Positions 35,142 to 46,221 are shown, counted from the first letter of the stretch. The stretch is 64,000 bases of DNA from Vicinamibacterales bacterium (GCA_030827135.1 JAURFE010000005.1:66257-130256), one strand, 5' to 3'. The notes: generated by a model from the sequence alone, not told the origin. A program made the numbers and translations.

Positions 35142-36352
35142 TACCGCGCTCCCTTCTCGGTCACGCTGAAGACCGCGGCAATGCCGACGTCGCCGGCCGC
35201 ACATCCGAACAAGAGTACGTGGCCGCCACCGAGAGCCACCGCCTCTTCGAGGCCTTCAATCAGCGACCGCGTCAGCGTCGGCCCCTGCGGGTGCCCCCAC
35301 ACGAGGGAACATCCGGTCTGATTCATCTTCTTCCAGTCGTAGTTGAGCACTTTGGCAAACACCGCGTCGTTGACGGCGAACGGATTGTGGTTCTTCACCA
35401 CGGCCATATCCGCCATGGTCATGCCCGTCTTGTGGAGGAGTTTCTGCACGGCAATCGCCGGCGCTTCAGGCATGAGCCCCGGGTTGGCGCGCGCTTCGGC
35501 CTTCGCCACCAGTGAGATTTCGATCTCAGGACGCGGGCTGAGTTCCGCGGCCCTTTCGGCTGTCGTGACGAGCAGTGTGGCCATGCCGTCGGCGGCGTGG
35601 GTCTGACCACCGGCCGTGACCGCGGTTTCAAGTTCGCGCATCGCGCGCAAGCCCTCGGCCGTCACGCGACGGATCCCGAGGTCCGCATCGATGCGTCCGA
35701 GCGGCTTGCCCTGCACGTTCAACAGGTCGAGCGGCACACACGTCTTCTCGAGCAGGCCTGCCGCCTTCGTGTTGAAGTACTGGTCGTAGCGATACAGCGT
35801 CAGGTCATCCACTTCGCGCCGATCGATCTTGTGTTTGCGCGCCGCCGCTCCGGCCGTCGCGAGCATCGATCCGCCCGTGGCCGGATCAAACCCGAAGTTG
35901 TCCCACACGTCGCCCAACGCGATCGTGCGTTCGTAGGCGCGACGCTCGGGAAACACACCGACCGGGGAATCACTCGTGCGATCAAAGGCCAGGACGCCGA
36001 CGACGTCGTGATCACCGCTCTGCACCTGCGCGGCCGCGGCGAGGGTTGCCTGCAGCCCGGTGGCACACGCCTGTTCGACGTGATGCCCCGGAATCCGCTG
36101 CCCCACCAGCGCCGACAACATCGGCGCGTTCCAGAACTTCCAATGCCAGGGGATCGTGGACCCGAGGACGAGGTAGTCCAGCCGGCTCAGCGGCACCTTG
36201 CGCAGGCCCATGATGCGGGCCATCGACTCGGCCGCGAACTGGCCGATGTTCACCTCGGCAATCGCCGAGGTCTGCCACGCGGGAAAGTAACTGTTGCCCC
36301 ACGTTCCGTAGGGAATGCGGGCCCTGGAGAAGATGCCGTCGGGTCGACTCAT
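35141..36352 (-). CDS. thiolase-family acyl-CoA acetyltransferase
   Basis: Active-site Cys context VEQACATGLQA, C-terminal FGCAAGDVGIAAV. ATG at 36352 (GTG 36373 is possible). Confidence 0.85.
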   Translation of the reverse strand: MSRPDGIFSRARIPYGTWGNSYFPAWQTSAIAEVNIGQFAAESMARIMGLRKVPLSRLDYLVLGSTIPWHWKFWNAPMLSALVGQRIPGHHVEQACATGLQATLAAAAQVQSGDHDVVGVLAFDRTSDSPVGVFPERRAYERTIALGDVWDNFGFDPATGGSMLATAGAAARKHKIDRREVDDLTLYRYDQYFNTKAAGLLEKTCVPLDLLNVQGKPLGRIDADLGIRRVTAEGLRAMRELETAVTAGGQTHAADGMATLLVTTAERAAELSPRPEIEISLVAKAEARANPGLMPEAPAIAVQKLLHKTGMTMADMAVVKNHNPFAVNDAVFAKVLNYDWKKMNQTGCSLVWGHPQGPTLTRSLIEGLEEAVALGGGHVLLFGCAAGDVGIAAVFSVTEKGAR

Positions 36353-36426
36353 AACTGGTTTCCAAGGTATCACGCTCCCTGAAGCAGGATCTGCCGGACC
36401 TCACCGGCCTGCGCTAGACTGCCCCC

Positions 36427-39096
36427 ATGTCAGCATGCCGCACACGATCAGCGCTTCCCCGGTCGATTGCCATACTCGCGGGGCTTACCGTCGCCGCCGC
36501 CGCTTTGTCGGCGCAGTCAAGTGGCGGAGCCGTCTCGAATCGCCAGTTCACCGTCGACACCTTTCGCGGTCTGGCGTTCCGAAGCATCGGACCAAGTATC
36601 ACGACCGGCCGGATTTCCGATCTCGAGATCGATCCGAACAATCGCAACGTGTGGTACCTGGCCGTCGGCTCGGGCGGCCTGTGGAAGACGGTGAATCGTG
36701 GCAATACGTGGACGCCGATTTTCGACGAATATCCGTCGTACTCGATCGGCGCCGTGGTCGTCGACCCGCGCGATTCGAACGTGGTGTGGCTGGGCACCGG
36801 CGAGAATACGCACAACCGCAGCACGTCGTACGGTGACGGCGTCTACAAGTCAACCGATGCCGGCGCGACGTGGACGCAGGTGGGCTTGAAGGACTCGCAG
36901 AAGATTCAGCGCATCCTCATCGATCCGCGCAACTCCAACGTCGTGTATGTCGCGACCGCCGGGCCGCTCTGGAATGCCGGCGGCGATCGCGGGCTGTACA
37001 AGACCACCAACGGTGGTGCGACGTGGTCCCGCGTCCTGCACGTCAATGACGACACCGGGATCACCGACGCGGTCTTCCATCCCACCAATCCCGACACCCT
37101 CTACGCCGCCGCGTATCAGCGGCGGCGCCGGAATGCGATGACAATCGGCGGGGGCCCGGATGCCGGCATCTTCAAGAGCACCGATGCCGGCACCACCTGG
37201 ACACGCATCGAGAACGGCATCCAGAGCGGCGAGAAGGGACGGATTGCGCTCGGCGTGGATCCCAGGCACCCTGACCGCGTGTATGCGCTTGTCGTGGCGC
37301 GCGAGAACGAGGGCGGGTTTTATGTGTCGGAGAATGCCGGTCGCGCCTGGCAGCGGATGAGCACCTACGCCGGCGGCGACCCGCAGTACTACGGCGAGAT
37401 CTTTGTCGACCCCCATCAGCCCGACACCATCTGGAATGTCGAAGCGCCTCTAATGCGCAGCACCGACAAAGGCGTGACCTGGGAACAAATGCCCTTCCAG
37501 ATTCATTCGGACCATCACGAGGTGGTCTTCGACAAGGACGACCCGCAGCACATGTGGATCGGCAACGACGGCGGCCTGTACGAAACGTATGATGCCGGCC
37601 GGACCTGGCGACACTTCACCAACCTGCCGCTCTCGCAGTTCTATCGCGTCAGCGCCGATACCTCGCGGCCGTTTTATCGCATCTGCGGCGGCGCGCAGGA
37701 CAACGGCACGGTGTGCGGCCCGTCGCGCACGCTGAATGCCGTTGGCATTCGCACCAGCGAGTGGTTCCGCGTCGGCGGCGGCGACGGGTTCCAGGCGTAC
37801 ATCGACCCGCACACGCCGAACATCGTCTATGCGCAGTCGCAAAACGGCGCGCTCAACCGGCTCGACCTGGCCACGGGCGAGAGTGTCGGCATTCGTCCGA
37901 CGCGCGTCGCCCCCGGTGGCAATGATCAGGATCTCGGCCGCTGGCATTGGGACAGCCCGTTGCTGGTCAGTCCACACGCGCCGGGGCGCATCTACTACGC
38001 CGGCCACCGCTTGTACCGGAGCGACGACCGGGGTGATGGATGGACACCGGTCAGCGGCGATCTCACGCGGAATCTGGATCGACGCGAGATGGCCATCATG
38101 GGCCGCGTCTGGCCGGAGGACGCCATCGGACTGCATCTCTATACCACCACCATGAGCGTGATTACCGCGCTCGATGAATCACCGCTGGTGGAGGGCCTCT
38201 TGTACGTGGGCACCGACGATGGGTTGATCCAGGTGTCGGAGAACGGCGGGAACACCTGGCGCCGCATCGAACAACTGCCCGGGCTGCCGAACCAGAGTTA
38301 TGTGACCGACGTGTATGCCTCGCCCCGTAATGCCGACGTGGTGTTTGCGACGTTCAACAACTGGCAGAACGGCGACTTCCGGCCCTGGGTGCTGCGCAGC
38401 GATGATCGCGGCCGCACGTGGGTGAACATCACCGGCAACCTGCCGGTGCGATCGGGCGCGTGGTCGGTCGTACAGGATCATGTCAATCCCGACCTGCTCT
38501 TTGCCGGACTGGAGTTTGGCGTGTGGTTCAGTGTGAACGGTGGCGGACACTGGACCGAACTGCGCGGCGGCCTGCCGCGGATTCAGGCACGCGACCTCCA
38601 CATTCAGCGGCAGTGGACCGACCTGGTCGTGGGCACCTTCGGGCGCGGCGCGTACATCCTCGACGACTACACCGCGCTGCGGACGGTCACGCCGGAACAT
38701 CTGGCTGCCGACGGCTGGCTCTTTCCGCTGCGGCCGGTGCCGCTGTTTCATGAGCTGGGACAGGTGCGTGAGGTCTGGGGCGATCAGGCGTTTCCGAACC
38801 CGCCATTCGGGGCCACGATGACCTATCACCTGCGCGAAGCGGGCGCGGCCGGCAGCCGGCTGGTGCTGACGATAGCGAATGAGCAGGGGGAATCTGTGCG
38901 GCGACTCGACCTGCCCACCCAGGCCGGAATCCACCGTGTGACCTGGGACCTCCGACGCGACAGTGGCACAGGAAATCGGCCGGGCCCCCGCGTGGGGCCG
39001 GGACGCTACACCGCCACGCTGGGGCGTCTGACGGGCACCCAGGTCACCACGCTCGGCACACCCCAGACCGTGCTGGTGGTGCCGCTGCCACGGTGA
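36427..39096 (+). CDS. secreted BNR/Asp-box repeat protein (VPS10/sortilin-like, GH74-like double propeller)
   Basis: Signal peptide. Many S-x-D-x-G-x-T-W boxes (KSTDAGATWTQV, KTTNGGATWSRV, KSTDAGTTWTRI, RSTDKGVTWEQM, SENGGNTWRRI, SDDRGRTWVNI). Confidence 0.85.
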   Translation: MSACRTRSALPRSIAILAGLTVAAAALSAQSSGGAVSNRQFTVDTFRGLAFRSIGPSITTGRISDLEIDPNNRNVWYLAVGSGGLWKTVNRGNTWTPIFDEYPSYSIGAVVVDPRDSNVVWLGTGENTHNRSTSYGDGVYKSTDAGATWTQVGLKDSQKIQRILIDPRNSNVVYVATAGPLWNAGGDRGLYKTTNGGATWSRVLHVNDDTGITDAVFHPTNPDTLYAAAYQRRRRNAMTIGGGPDAGIFKSTDAGTTWTRIENGIQSGEKGRIALGVDPRHPDRVYALVVARENEGGFYVSENAGRAWQRMSTYAGGDPQYYGEIFVDPHQPDTIWNVEAPLMRSTDKGVTWEQMPFQIHSDHHEVVFDKDDPQHMWIGNDGGLYETYDAGRTWRHFTNLPLSQFYRVSADTSRPFYRICGGAQDNGTVCGPSRTLNAVGIRTSEWFRVGGGDGFQAYIDPHTPNIVYAQSQNGALNRLDLATGESVGIRPTRVAPGGNDQDLGRWHWDSPLLVSPHAPGRIYYAGHRLYRSDDRGDGWTPVSGDLTRNLDRREMAIMGRVWPEDAIGLHLYTTTMSVITALDESPLVEGLLYVGTDDGLIQVSENGGNTWRRIEQLPGLPNQSYVTDVYASPRNADVVFATFNNWQNGDFRPWVLRSDDRGRTWVNITGNLPVRSGAWSVVQDHVNPDLLFAGLEFGVWFSVNGGGHWTELRGGLPRIQARDLHIQRQWTDLVVGTFGRGAYILDDYTALRTVTPEHLAADGWLFPLRPVPLFHELGQVREVWGDQAFPNPPFGATMTYHLREAGAAGSRLVLTIANEQGESVRRLDLPTQAGIHRVTWDLRRDSGTGNRPGPRVGPGRYTATLGRLTGTQVTTLGTPQTVLVVPLPR

Positions 39097-39210
39097 GCCC
39101 GGTGCCAGTCACCGCCGCTCCACGATCCGGAGGTCCGACTCGGCCCCCATCCCTCGGGCGATCCGCAGCGCGGGGCGCCTGATGGGCGCACCAGGCGAGC
39201 GGCCGGGCGC

Positions 39211-40437
<1,227 letters not shown>

Positions 40438-40479
40438 GGGTACGGACTCTAGCAGGACCGCGACCATTCGGATACAGCC

Positions 40480-40530
40480 AGTTTTAAGATCAGGCTGACA
40501 TTTCTGTTCGCAGTCTGACGCCTTAAAACT
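40480..40530. promoter_or_regulatory. AT-rich inverted repeat AGTTTTAAG-N33-CTTAAAACT upstream of the S8 gene
   Basis: Seen in the only AT-rich spacer of this region. It contains the direct repeat ggctgac/gtctgac. Function unknown. Confidence 0.25.
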
Positions 40531-40565
40531 CACAGGTGCGGCTTCGCCGCGGTTGCCCAGCTCGC

Positions 40566-40847
40566 CTACCCGGCGAAGACGTCGCGGATCGACTCGTCCT
40601 TCCTGAACTGCGCCAGGGCGTACGGACAGGTCGCCATCACCTTCGTGCCAGTCTGCCGCGCCCAGGCCACCAGCGCATCGAGCAGCTGGCGCCCCATGCC
40701 CTGCCCCTTGAGGACCTCGGACACGTCGGTATGGTCGATGATGACCAGCGTCGGGGTCGTGCGCGAGTAGGTCATCGCCGCGAGCCGAATGTCAGCGCGC
40801 TCGAAGAAGAACGCGCCATGGTTGCCGGTTTCTTCGTGTTTGATCAT
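40566..40847 (-). CDS. small GNAT (YjdJ-like) N-acetyltransferase
   Basis: 93 aa. [35 protein letters not shown] (acetyl-CoA-binding Q/RxxGxG/A region). The ATG overlaps the ALDH stop (ATGA). Confidence 0.7.
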   Translation of the reverse strand: MIKHEETGNHGAFFFERADIRLAAMTYSRTTPTLVIIDHTDVSEVLKGQGMGRQLLDALVAWARQTGTKVMATCPYALAQFRKDESIRDVFAG

Positions 40848-42292
40848 GCGAGATCCACCCAGATGGTCTTGACCTGCGTGTAGTACTCGAGTGCGTGCAT
40901 CGACATCTCGCGTCCGAAGCCGCTTTGTTTGTAGCCGCCAAATGCCGCTGCGGTGTCGTAGACGTTGTAGGTGTTGATCCAGACCGTGCCGGCCTTGAGC
41001 TTCGAGGCCACGTAGTGGGCCTTCTTCACGTCCTTCGTCCACACGCCGGAGGCGAGTCCGTAGATCGAATCGTTCGCCTTGGCGATCGCGTCTTCGACGT
41101 CGGCGAACTCGATGGCTGCGAGCACGGGTCCGAAGATCTCTTCGCGCGCAATGGTCATGTCAGGCGTGACGTTGCCAAACACCGTCGGCTGCAGAAAGAA
41201 GCCCTTGCCCGTACCGATGTCCGTGCGCGCGCCGCCCGCAAGAAGCGTCGCGCCCTCCTTTTTCGCCGTCTCGATGTAGCCGAGCACCCGCTCCATCTGC
41301 GTCTTCGACGAAATCGCGCCCAGGCGCGTCTTCGGGTTCAGCGGATCGCCGGCGACCATCTTCTTCGCGCGGTCCGCGACCTTGGCCAGGAACTCGTCCT
41401 TGATCGACGCCTCAACCAGCAACCGCGATCCGGCGGCGCAGACTTCGCCCTTACCGTAGAAGATGCCCATCGTCGCGCCACGCACAGCCGCATCCAGGTC
41501 GGCATCGGCGAACACGATGTTCGGCGACTTGCCGCCCAGTTCCAGCGTGATGTGCTTCACGGTGTCGGCGGCCGACTTCATGATGCCCTTGCCGGTGGAC
41601 GTGTCGCCTGTGAACGCAATCTTGTCGATGCCGGGGTGATCGACGATGGCCTGGCCGGCGGTGGAGCCCGAGCCGGTGATGACATTGAGCACGCCCGGGG
41701 GGAAGCCGAGCGCGGTCGCCATCTCGCCGAGTTTGAGCGCCGTAAGCGGCGTCTGACTCGCGGGCTTCAGGACGACGGTGTTCCCCATCGCCAGGGCCGG
41801 CGCGACCTTCCAGATCGCGATCAGCAGCGGAAAGTTCCAGGGCACGATTGCCGCGACCACCCCGATGGGCTCACGCAGCGTGTACACGAGCTGGCCGCCC
41901 TTGACCGGCACCGTCTCGCCATGGACCTTGTCCGCCCAGCCTGCGAAATACTGCAGGCATTCGGCCGCCATGGGAATTTCGACATGGCGCGATTCGGTGA
42001 TCGGCTTGCCGTTGTGCAACGTCTCAAGCCGCGCGACCTCATCGGCCTCGGCCATCAACTGCTCGCCAAGTTTGTAGACCAGTCGCCCGCGCTCACGTGC
42101 CGACATCGTGCCCCACGGGCCGGCGAGCGCCGCACGCGCGGCCTGCACCGCCGCGTCAACATCCTGCGGTGTCGCCGACGCGACCTCGGCAATGACTTCC
42201 TCGGTCGCAGGGTTCACGACCGGCTGCGTCCTGCCATTCGACGCATCCCGCCACTCGCCGTTAATCAGCAGCTGTTTCTTCCCAAGCATCAT
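40844..42292 (-). CDS. NAD(P)-dependent aldehyde dehydrogenase (candidate for the BoxD step)
   Basis: ELGGKSP and the catalytic Cys context KGEVCAAGSR; 482 aa. Lies in the box operon. Confidence 0.85.
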   Translation of the reverse strand: MMLGKKQLLINGEWRDASNGRTQPVVNPATEEVIAEVASATPQDVDAAVQAARAALAGPWGTMSARERGRLVYKLGEQLMAEADEVARLETLHNGKPITESRHVEIPMAAECLQYFAGWADKVHGETVPVKGGQLVYTLREPIGVVAAIVPWNFPLLIAIWKVAPALAMGNTVVLKPASQTPLTALKLGEMATALGFPPGVLNVITGSGSTAGQAIVDHPGIDKIAFTGDTSTGKGIMKSAADTVKHITLELGGKSPNIVFADADLDAAVRGATMGIFYGKGEVCAAGSRLLVEASIKDEFLAKVADRAKKMVAGDPLNPKTRLGAISSKTQMERVLGYIETAKKEGATLLAGGARTDIGTGKGFFLQPTVFGNVTPDMTIAREEIFGPVLAAIEFADVEDAIAKANDSIYGLASGVWTKDVKKAHYVASKLKAGTVWINTYNVYDTAAAFGGYKQSGFGREMSMHALEYYTQVKTIWVDLA

Positions 42293-42295
42293 TTG

Positions 42296-43093
42296 CTATT
42301 TCCCTTCGAACTTCGGGGCACGCTTTTCGAGGTTCGCCGCAATGCCCTCTTTGGCGTCCGCGCTCTGGAACAACAACTGCTGCAGTTCGCGCTCCATGGC
42401 CAACCCTTCGTGGAAGCCGGCTTCCGGTCCGGACTGGACGGCGCGCTTGATGCGGCCCACCGCGAGACTGGCCTTGTGCGGCGGCGTAAACGTCTGCGCA
42501 TAGGCAATCACCGCGTCGAGGAACGACCGCCCCGCCAGCGTGTCGTCACCCCACACCTCGGTGATGAGCCCGGCCGCCAGCGCCTCATCCATCGTCATCA
42601 GCCGGCCGCTGATCATCAGTTCCATTGACTTCGCTTTGCCGAGCAGACGCGCCAGCCGCTGCGTGCCGCCGGTGCCGGGCAACACGCCAAGCGCCACTTC
42701 CGGCAACCCAATCTTGCCGCCGCCACGCTTCGCAATCCGCAGGTCGGCCGCCAGCGCCACTTCCAGGCCACCGCCCACCGTGTGGCCATTGAGCGCCGCG
42801 ATGACAAGCTTCGGCGTCTGTTCCAGCCGGTTCAGCGTCTCGTTCGCATGCAGGCAGAAGTAGTACTTGTACTCGGGCGTGGCGTCCTTGAGCATCCCGA
42901 TGGTCGCGCCCGCGCAGAAGAACTTCTCGCCCGCGCCCGTCAACACGATCACATGCACCGATGGGTCCATGCGCGCGTCCAGCACCGCGCAATCAAGCTC
43001 CTGCATCAGTTCGTACGAATAGGTATTCGCCGGCGGCTCACACAGCGTCAGGACACGAACACCGGAATGATCCGAGATCTGAATTCTGGCCAC
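42296..43093 (-). CDS. enoyl-CoA hydratase/isomerase
   Basis: Crotonase motifs FCAGATI, GGGLEVALAADLRIA, NLEKRAPKFEGK. Confidence 0.85.
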   Translation of the reverse strand: MARIQISDHSGVRVLTLCEPPANTYSYELMQELDCAVLDARMDPSVHVIVLTGAGEKFFCAGATIGMLKDATPEYKYYFCLHANETLNRLEQTPKLVIAALNGHTVGGGLEVALAADLRIAKRGGGKIGLPEVALGVLPGTGGTQRLARLLGKAKSMELMISGRLMTMDEALAAGLITEVWGDDTLAGRSFLDAVIAYAQTFTPPHKASLAVGRIKRAVQSGPEAGFHEGLAMERELQQLLFQSADAKEGIAANLEKRAPKFEGK

Positions 43094-43096
43094 GCG

Positions 43097-44515
43097 CTAC
43101 ATCTCCGTGCGCACGTATTCGAAGTTCACCGGCGTGCCCTTGACGCCGCGCGCGGGAGGCACGATGTAGTTGGCAAACTTGCCGATCTCGTACACCGGCC
43201 GATTCATGATCGACAGCAGATACTCCTTGTCCTTGGGACTCGGCAGCCACTCGTACTTGCGGCGCAGCCACGTCTCTTCGGAAATCAGGGCGCCATCGGG
43301 ATCGGTGTGGATCGGCGTGTACTGCCCGATGCCCCGATTGAACTTCCGGTCCGGCAGCCGCAGGCGGTCGGCAATGCCGTACCGCTCGAGGATCTTGTTC
43401 CAGCGCGTGACGCCGGACTGGCAGTCGTCCACGTACCAGTCGCGCAGCACTTCGTTCATCGCGTTGCGCATCGGCACCGCCTGACGCGTGAGTTTCCCGT
43501 CTTCGACCAGCTCGAGCTCATACGCGGTCTCCTTGACCTCGTGCTCGCTCCACTTCGCCTCCTCCGCGCGCCCCTTGAGGCCGTTCGCGAAGTACGCCGC
43601 CGCGTTTGTCGACACCTCATTGCCATGCAGGTCGAGGCTGAGCGAGAACCACAGATTGATGTGCTTCTGAATCGTCGGCAGGTCGATGCCGCCCAGTTTC
43701 CGCACGTCCTCCGAGTACCCCGTCTCCTTCATCAGCTGCGCGGTGCGTTCGACGATGCGGCCGATGCCGGAGTCGCCCACGAACATGTGATGCGCTTCCT
43801 CAGTGAGCATGAACCGCGTCGTGCGCGACAGCGGATCAAGCGCACTCTCCGAGAGCGACAGCAGCTGCGACTTGCCGTCGCGGTCGGTGAACATCGTGAA
43901 CATGAAGAAGTCCAGCCAGGTATCGATCGGCTCGTTGAAGGCGTCGAGGATGCGGGGCTTGTCGCGGTTGCCCGACTGACGTGCCAGCAGGTCTTCCGCC
44001 TCGTCGCGCCCGTCGCGCCCGAAGTACGAGTGCAGCAGATACACCATCGCCCACAGGTGGCGGCCTTCTTCGACGTTCACCTGGAACAGGCTGCGCAGGT
44101 CATACAGGCTCGGGCACCGGTGGCCCAGCCAGCGCTGCTGCTCGACCGACGCCGGCTCGGTGTCGCCCTGCGTCACGATCAGCCGGCGCAGCTGGTTGCG
44201 GAACTCTCCCGGCACTTCCTGCCAGACGGGTCTGCCGTAGAAGTCGCCGAAGCCGATCGTGCGATTGATGACCGGATCCGCAAGGAAGATGCCCCAGCGG
44301 TATTCGGGCAGGCGCACGTACTCAAAGTGCGCCCAGCCTGACGGGTCCACACTGATTGCCGTGCGGACGTAGACCTGATGGAAGTGCTGGAACCCCTGCG
44401 GGCCCATGTCCTGCCACCACTGGATGTACGCCGGCTGCCAGTGCTCAAGCGCCCGCTGCAAGCGCTTGTTGAGGTGCAAATCAACGTTATTCGGAATCTT
44501 GTCTGATGAAATCAT
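43097..44515 (-). CDS. boxB: benzoyl-CoA 2,3-epoxidase (oxygenase) subunit B
   Basis: MISSDKIPNNVDLHLNKRLQRALEHWQP, IVTQGDTEPASVEQQR, QVNVEEGRHLWAMVYLL, MLTEEAHH, C-terminal VNFEYVR. Collinear with BoxB as I recall it, 472 aa. The track ORF extension to 44836 overlaps boxC. Confidence 0.9.
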   Translation of the reverse strand: MISSDKIPNNVDLHLNKRLQRALEHWQPAYIQWWQDMGPQGFQHFHQVYVRTAISVDPSGWAHFEYVRLPEYRWGIFLADPVINRTIGFGDFYGRPVWQEVPGEFRNQLRRLIVTQGDTEPASVEQQRWLGHRCPSLYDLRSLFQVNVEEGRHLWAMVYLLHSYFGRDGRDEAEDLLARQSGNRDKPRILDAFNEPIDTWLDFFMFTMFTDRDGKSQLLSLSESALDPLSRTTRFMLTEEAHHMFVGDSGIGRIVERTAQLMKETGYSEDVRKLGGIDLPTIQKHINLWFSLSLDLHGNEVSTNAAAYFANGLKGRAEEAKWSEHEVKETAYELELVEDGKLTRQAVPMRNAMNEVLRDWYVDDCQSGVTRWNKILERYGIADRLRLPDRKFNRGIGQYTPIHTDPDGALISEETWLRRKYEWLPSPKDKEYLLSIMNRPVYEIGKFANYIVPPARGVKGTPVNFEYVRTEM

Positions 44516-44521
44516 AAGGAA

Positions 44522-44558
44522 GGTCCAGAGGTCCAGGGGTCCAGGGGTCCAGGGGTCC
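44522..44558. repeat. GGTCCAGR tandem 8-mers x4.5 filling the boxC-boxB spacer
   Basis: ggtccagaggtccaggggtccaggggtccaggggtcc. Confidence 0.95.
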
Positions 44559-44559
44559 T

Positions 44560-46221
44560 TTACGTTCTGTTGTAGTCGAATTCGGCGCGGTCCGATGTGC
44601 CGTAGGACGTCAGGGCACCCTTCGGGCCGACGGCGTTCGGACGCTGGAAGATCCAGTTCTGCCAGGCCGTCAATCGTCCGAAGATCTTTGTCTCCATCGT
44701 CTCGGGGCCGACGAACCGGAGGTTCGCTTCCATGCCCGTCAGCGCATCGGGCGACATCGCCGCGCGACTCTCCACCGCCAGCCGCACCTCGTCGTCCCAG
44801 TCGATGGAGTCGGGCGCAAACGTGACGAGACCGCACTCCAGCGCTTCCTGCGGATCGAACGCGCCATCGTGCGCGAGCGCTTCGTCGACCTTCTCCGGCG
44901 CGCCGTAGAACCGCGTCTGCAGACGCGTGAGGCCGTTGCTCATCTTCAGCGGCCCCGCGTTCATGCCCGACAGCGCGATCCGGTTCGTCTGGTCATCGTC
45001 ATCCAGCAGGTACGACCGGTCGGCCGCGAGCGCCAGTTCGAAGAGCGTGCCGGCAAACGCGTTCCCGGGTTCGATCACCGCGAAGAAACTTTTGGCGGAG
45101 AGGTCCACACGCTTGAGCGTGCGCTTGATGAAGTGCGTGATCTCGCGCACCAGCCAGTCGCCCTGGTTCGCCAGAAGCACGTCATCCGCCTGCAATACCA
45201 GCGCCTGATCGCCTTCGGTCTTCAACACGATGGTGCCGAGTTCGCGTTCGTTCACCCGCAGCCGCAAAATTGCGTCGTCGAGTTCGCGGAACACCCGGAG
45301 CGGCCAGAACTGATCGCCGGCCGCGTGAATCGCGTCGGGCGTGGATTCCACCGGCGCGGTCGGCGCCTTGACCGTCAACACGGCTGAACGCTTCGCGCGG
45401 TCGAACACGACGGTGACCGACGGATAGGTGTAGCCGTCCTCCGTGATCGTCGAGTGGAGTGAGCCGAGCGTGATGCCCTTCGCGCCCGACGGACGGTCGG
45501 ACGTCGCCGCCAGCTCCGCCGCGCGCTTCTGCACGGCGTCCTTGAACTTGCTCGACGGCGCGATGGCGTCCACAAGACCCCATTCCACCGCGCGCTTGCC
45601 CTTCACACCTTCAGCGATCGTGCCGAAGAAGTCGGCGAGGTCGCGACGCACCTTGCGCTTGTCGACCACGCGGGTCAGTCCGCCGGTGCCCGGCAACACG
45701 GCCAGCAGCGGCGTTTCGGGAAGGCTGACGGCCGAGTTCGAGTCGTCCACCAGCAGGATTTCGTCGCAGGCCAACGCGAGTTCGTAGCCGCCGCCGGCGC
45801 AGATGCCGTTGAGCGCCGCGAGGAACTTGAGGCCGCTGTGTGCCGACGCATCCTCCATGCCGAGGCGCGTCTCGTTGGTGAACTTGCAGAAGTTCACCTT
45901 CCACGCATGGCCGGAGCTGCGCAACATGAAGATGTTTGCGCCGGCGCAGAAGATGCGCTCCTTCAGACTCGTCACCACGACCGTCCTGACTTCGGGATGT
46001 TCGAAGCGCAGCCGCGTGATCGCGTCGGCCAGTTCGATATCCACGCCCAGGTCGTAGGAATTCAGCTTCAGCTTGTAGTCGGGCGAGAGTCCGGCGTCTT
46101 CCTGGACGTCCATGCCGAGTGTCGCGATAGGCCCATCAAACGTCAGGCGCCAGTGGCGGTATTTGTCAGGAGTAGTCTCAAACGAGACCGAGGGCAGCAC
46201 TGTCGCGGTTTCTGTGGCCAT
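44560..46221 (-). CDS. boxC: 2,3-epoxybenzoyl-CoA dihydrolase (benzoyl-CoA-dihydrodiol lyase)
   Basis: 553 aa double crotonase-like protein. FCAGANIFML, ICAGGGYELALACDEI. Adjacent to boxB. Confidence 0.85.
   Translation of the reverse strand: MATETATVLPSVSFETTPDKYRHWRLTFDGPIATLGMDVQEDAGLSPDYKLKLNSYDLGVDIELADAITRLRFEHPEVRTVVVTSLKERIFCAGANIFMLRSSGHAWKVNFCKFTNETRLGMEDASAHSGLKFLAALNGICAGGGYELALACDEILLVDDSNSAVSLPETPLLAVLPGTGGLTRVVDKRKVRRDLADFFGTIAEGVKGKRAVEWGLVDAIAPSSKFKDAVQKRAAELAATSDRPSGAKGITLGSLHSTITEDGYTYPSVTVVFDRAKRSAVLTVKAPTAPVESTPDAIHAAGDQFWPLRVFRELDDAILRLRVNERELGTIVLKTEGDQALVLQADDVLLANQGDWLVREITHFIKRTLKRVDLSAKSFFAVIEPGNAFAGTLFELALAADRSYLLDDDDQTNRIALSGMNAGPLKMSNGLTRLQTRFYGAPEKVDEALAHDGAFDPQEALECGLVTFAPDSIDWDDEVRLAVESRAAMSPDALTGMEANLRFVGPETMETKIFGRLTAWQNWIFQRPNAVGPKGALTSYGTSDRAEFDYNRT

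Noticed and set aside
39097-39210. Terminator between the convergent BNR and S8 genes
   Set aside because: Only short GC stems such as gcgcc/ggcgc are visible, with no T-tract. The evidence is too weak to call.
40895-44341. Long plus-strand ORFs (40895-42628 and 42782-44341)
   Set aside because: They are antisense to the aldehyde dehydrogenase, hydratase and boxB genes, with shadow-ORF composition (R, H, D, L, G-rich) and no motifs.
43097-44836. N-terminal 107-aa extension of boxB
   Set aside because: The extension overlaps the 3' end of boxC and crosses the GGTCCAG repeat. BoxB homology starts at MISSDKIPNNV (ATG 44515).
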